16,538 bases of DNA from Raphidiopsis brookii D9. GTDB lineage: Bacteria; Cyanobacteriota; Cyanobacteriia; Cyanobacteriales; Nostocaceae. The translations under genes were made by a program, and so were the position numbers. The DNA lies in assembly GCA_000175855.1 (NCBI GenBank), contig ACYB01000032.1, positions 1 through 16,538 on the forward strand, written 5' to 3'. Every line of letters begins with the position of its first letter. The stretch's first letter is position 1. Under the pieces are notes generated by a model. It made no database searches, had not been told where the DNA came from, and saw only the letters and a list, made by a program, of their open reading frames with translations. Below are positions 16,447-16,538 of this stretch, one piece after another.

Positions 16447-16470
16447 AACATCTATCCAGGGATAGATATT
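16447..16470. promoter_or_regulatory. Palindromic motif copy 2: AACATCTATCC-AG-GGATAGATATT
   Basis: 22 of 24 positions are identical to copy 1, differing only in the central dinucleotide. On the plus strand it is preceded by AATTAC (16431-16436) at the same 10-nt spacing. It lies 87 nt upstream of the 16360 ATG and 338 nt upstream of the DUF262 ATG on the minus strand. Confidence 0.6.
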
Positions 16471-16538
16471 AACTGAGTCGCGGGGGAAAGATTTTAGCAT
16501 TTAGCAGGCGAACTTTTTCAGCTTATGTGTAACTGTAA

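Noticed and set aside
610-16500. Short ORFs from the six-frame track lying antisense to or overlapping the large genes (610..972, 1051..1287, 3144..3479, 4563..4793, 6500..6715, 6826..7011, 7101..7313, 7306..7581, 7955..8155, 8820..9047, 9060..9272, 12409..12597, 12485..12670, 14651..14848, 15787..16041, 16303..16500)
   Set aside because: All but 16303..16500 lie largely or wholly within longer ORFs that have clear family signatures; 16303..16500 overlaps only the doubtful small ORF at 15968..16360 and otherwise sits in the upstream non-coding region. Their sequences are low-complexity or unrecognisable. They are typical shadow ORFs.
1-16538. tRNA, rRNA, transposase/IS ends, integrase and prophage genes
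   Set aside because: I could recognise no cloverleaf-like segment, no rRNA-like conserved stretch, no transposase or integrase motifs, and no long terminal inverted repeats.

Overview
AT-rich sequence with three HIP1 octamers (GCGATCGC), so probably cyanobacterial. It reads as a defence island with three or four modules. (1) Plus strand, 1-4857: the 3' part of a type 1 BREX locus. It has a pglX remnant, then a pglZ whose reading frame changes by -1 at a CCCTTTC (X XXY YYZ) heptamer, then an apparently intact brxL. (2) 4858-5500 is a 640-bp non-coding convergent gap. (3) Minus strand, 13035 down to 5501: a compact type III-B-like (Cmr) CRISPR effector operon. Gene order is a 533-aa Cas10 (no HD domain, no CxxC zinc finger, GGDD intact), Cmr3, Cmr4, a small-subunit candidate, and a 593-aa Cmr6-Cmr1 fusion. 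A CARF-like/HEPN effector follows, with its Rx4H motif in a second, overlapping +1 ORF. I see no CRISPR array, cas6 or cas1/cas2 anywhere in the window. (4) Upstream on the same strand are a 205-aa GIY-YIG nuclease with a coiled-coil tail (123 nt from cas10) and a 666-aa DUF262-DUF1524 (GmrSD/BrxU-like) enzyme. The DUF262-DUF1524 cassette is bracketed by two copies of a 24-nt palindromic motif (22/24 identical). Each copy lies upstream of a minus-strand transcription unit. The strongest candidates for something new are the array-less minimal-Cas10 Cmr module, its adjacent GIY-YIG gene and the shared palindrome. All protein family calls come from motif recognition by eye, not database searches. 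The two frame disruptions could also be assembly errors.
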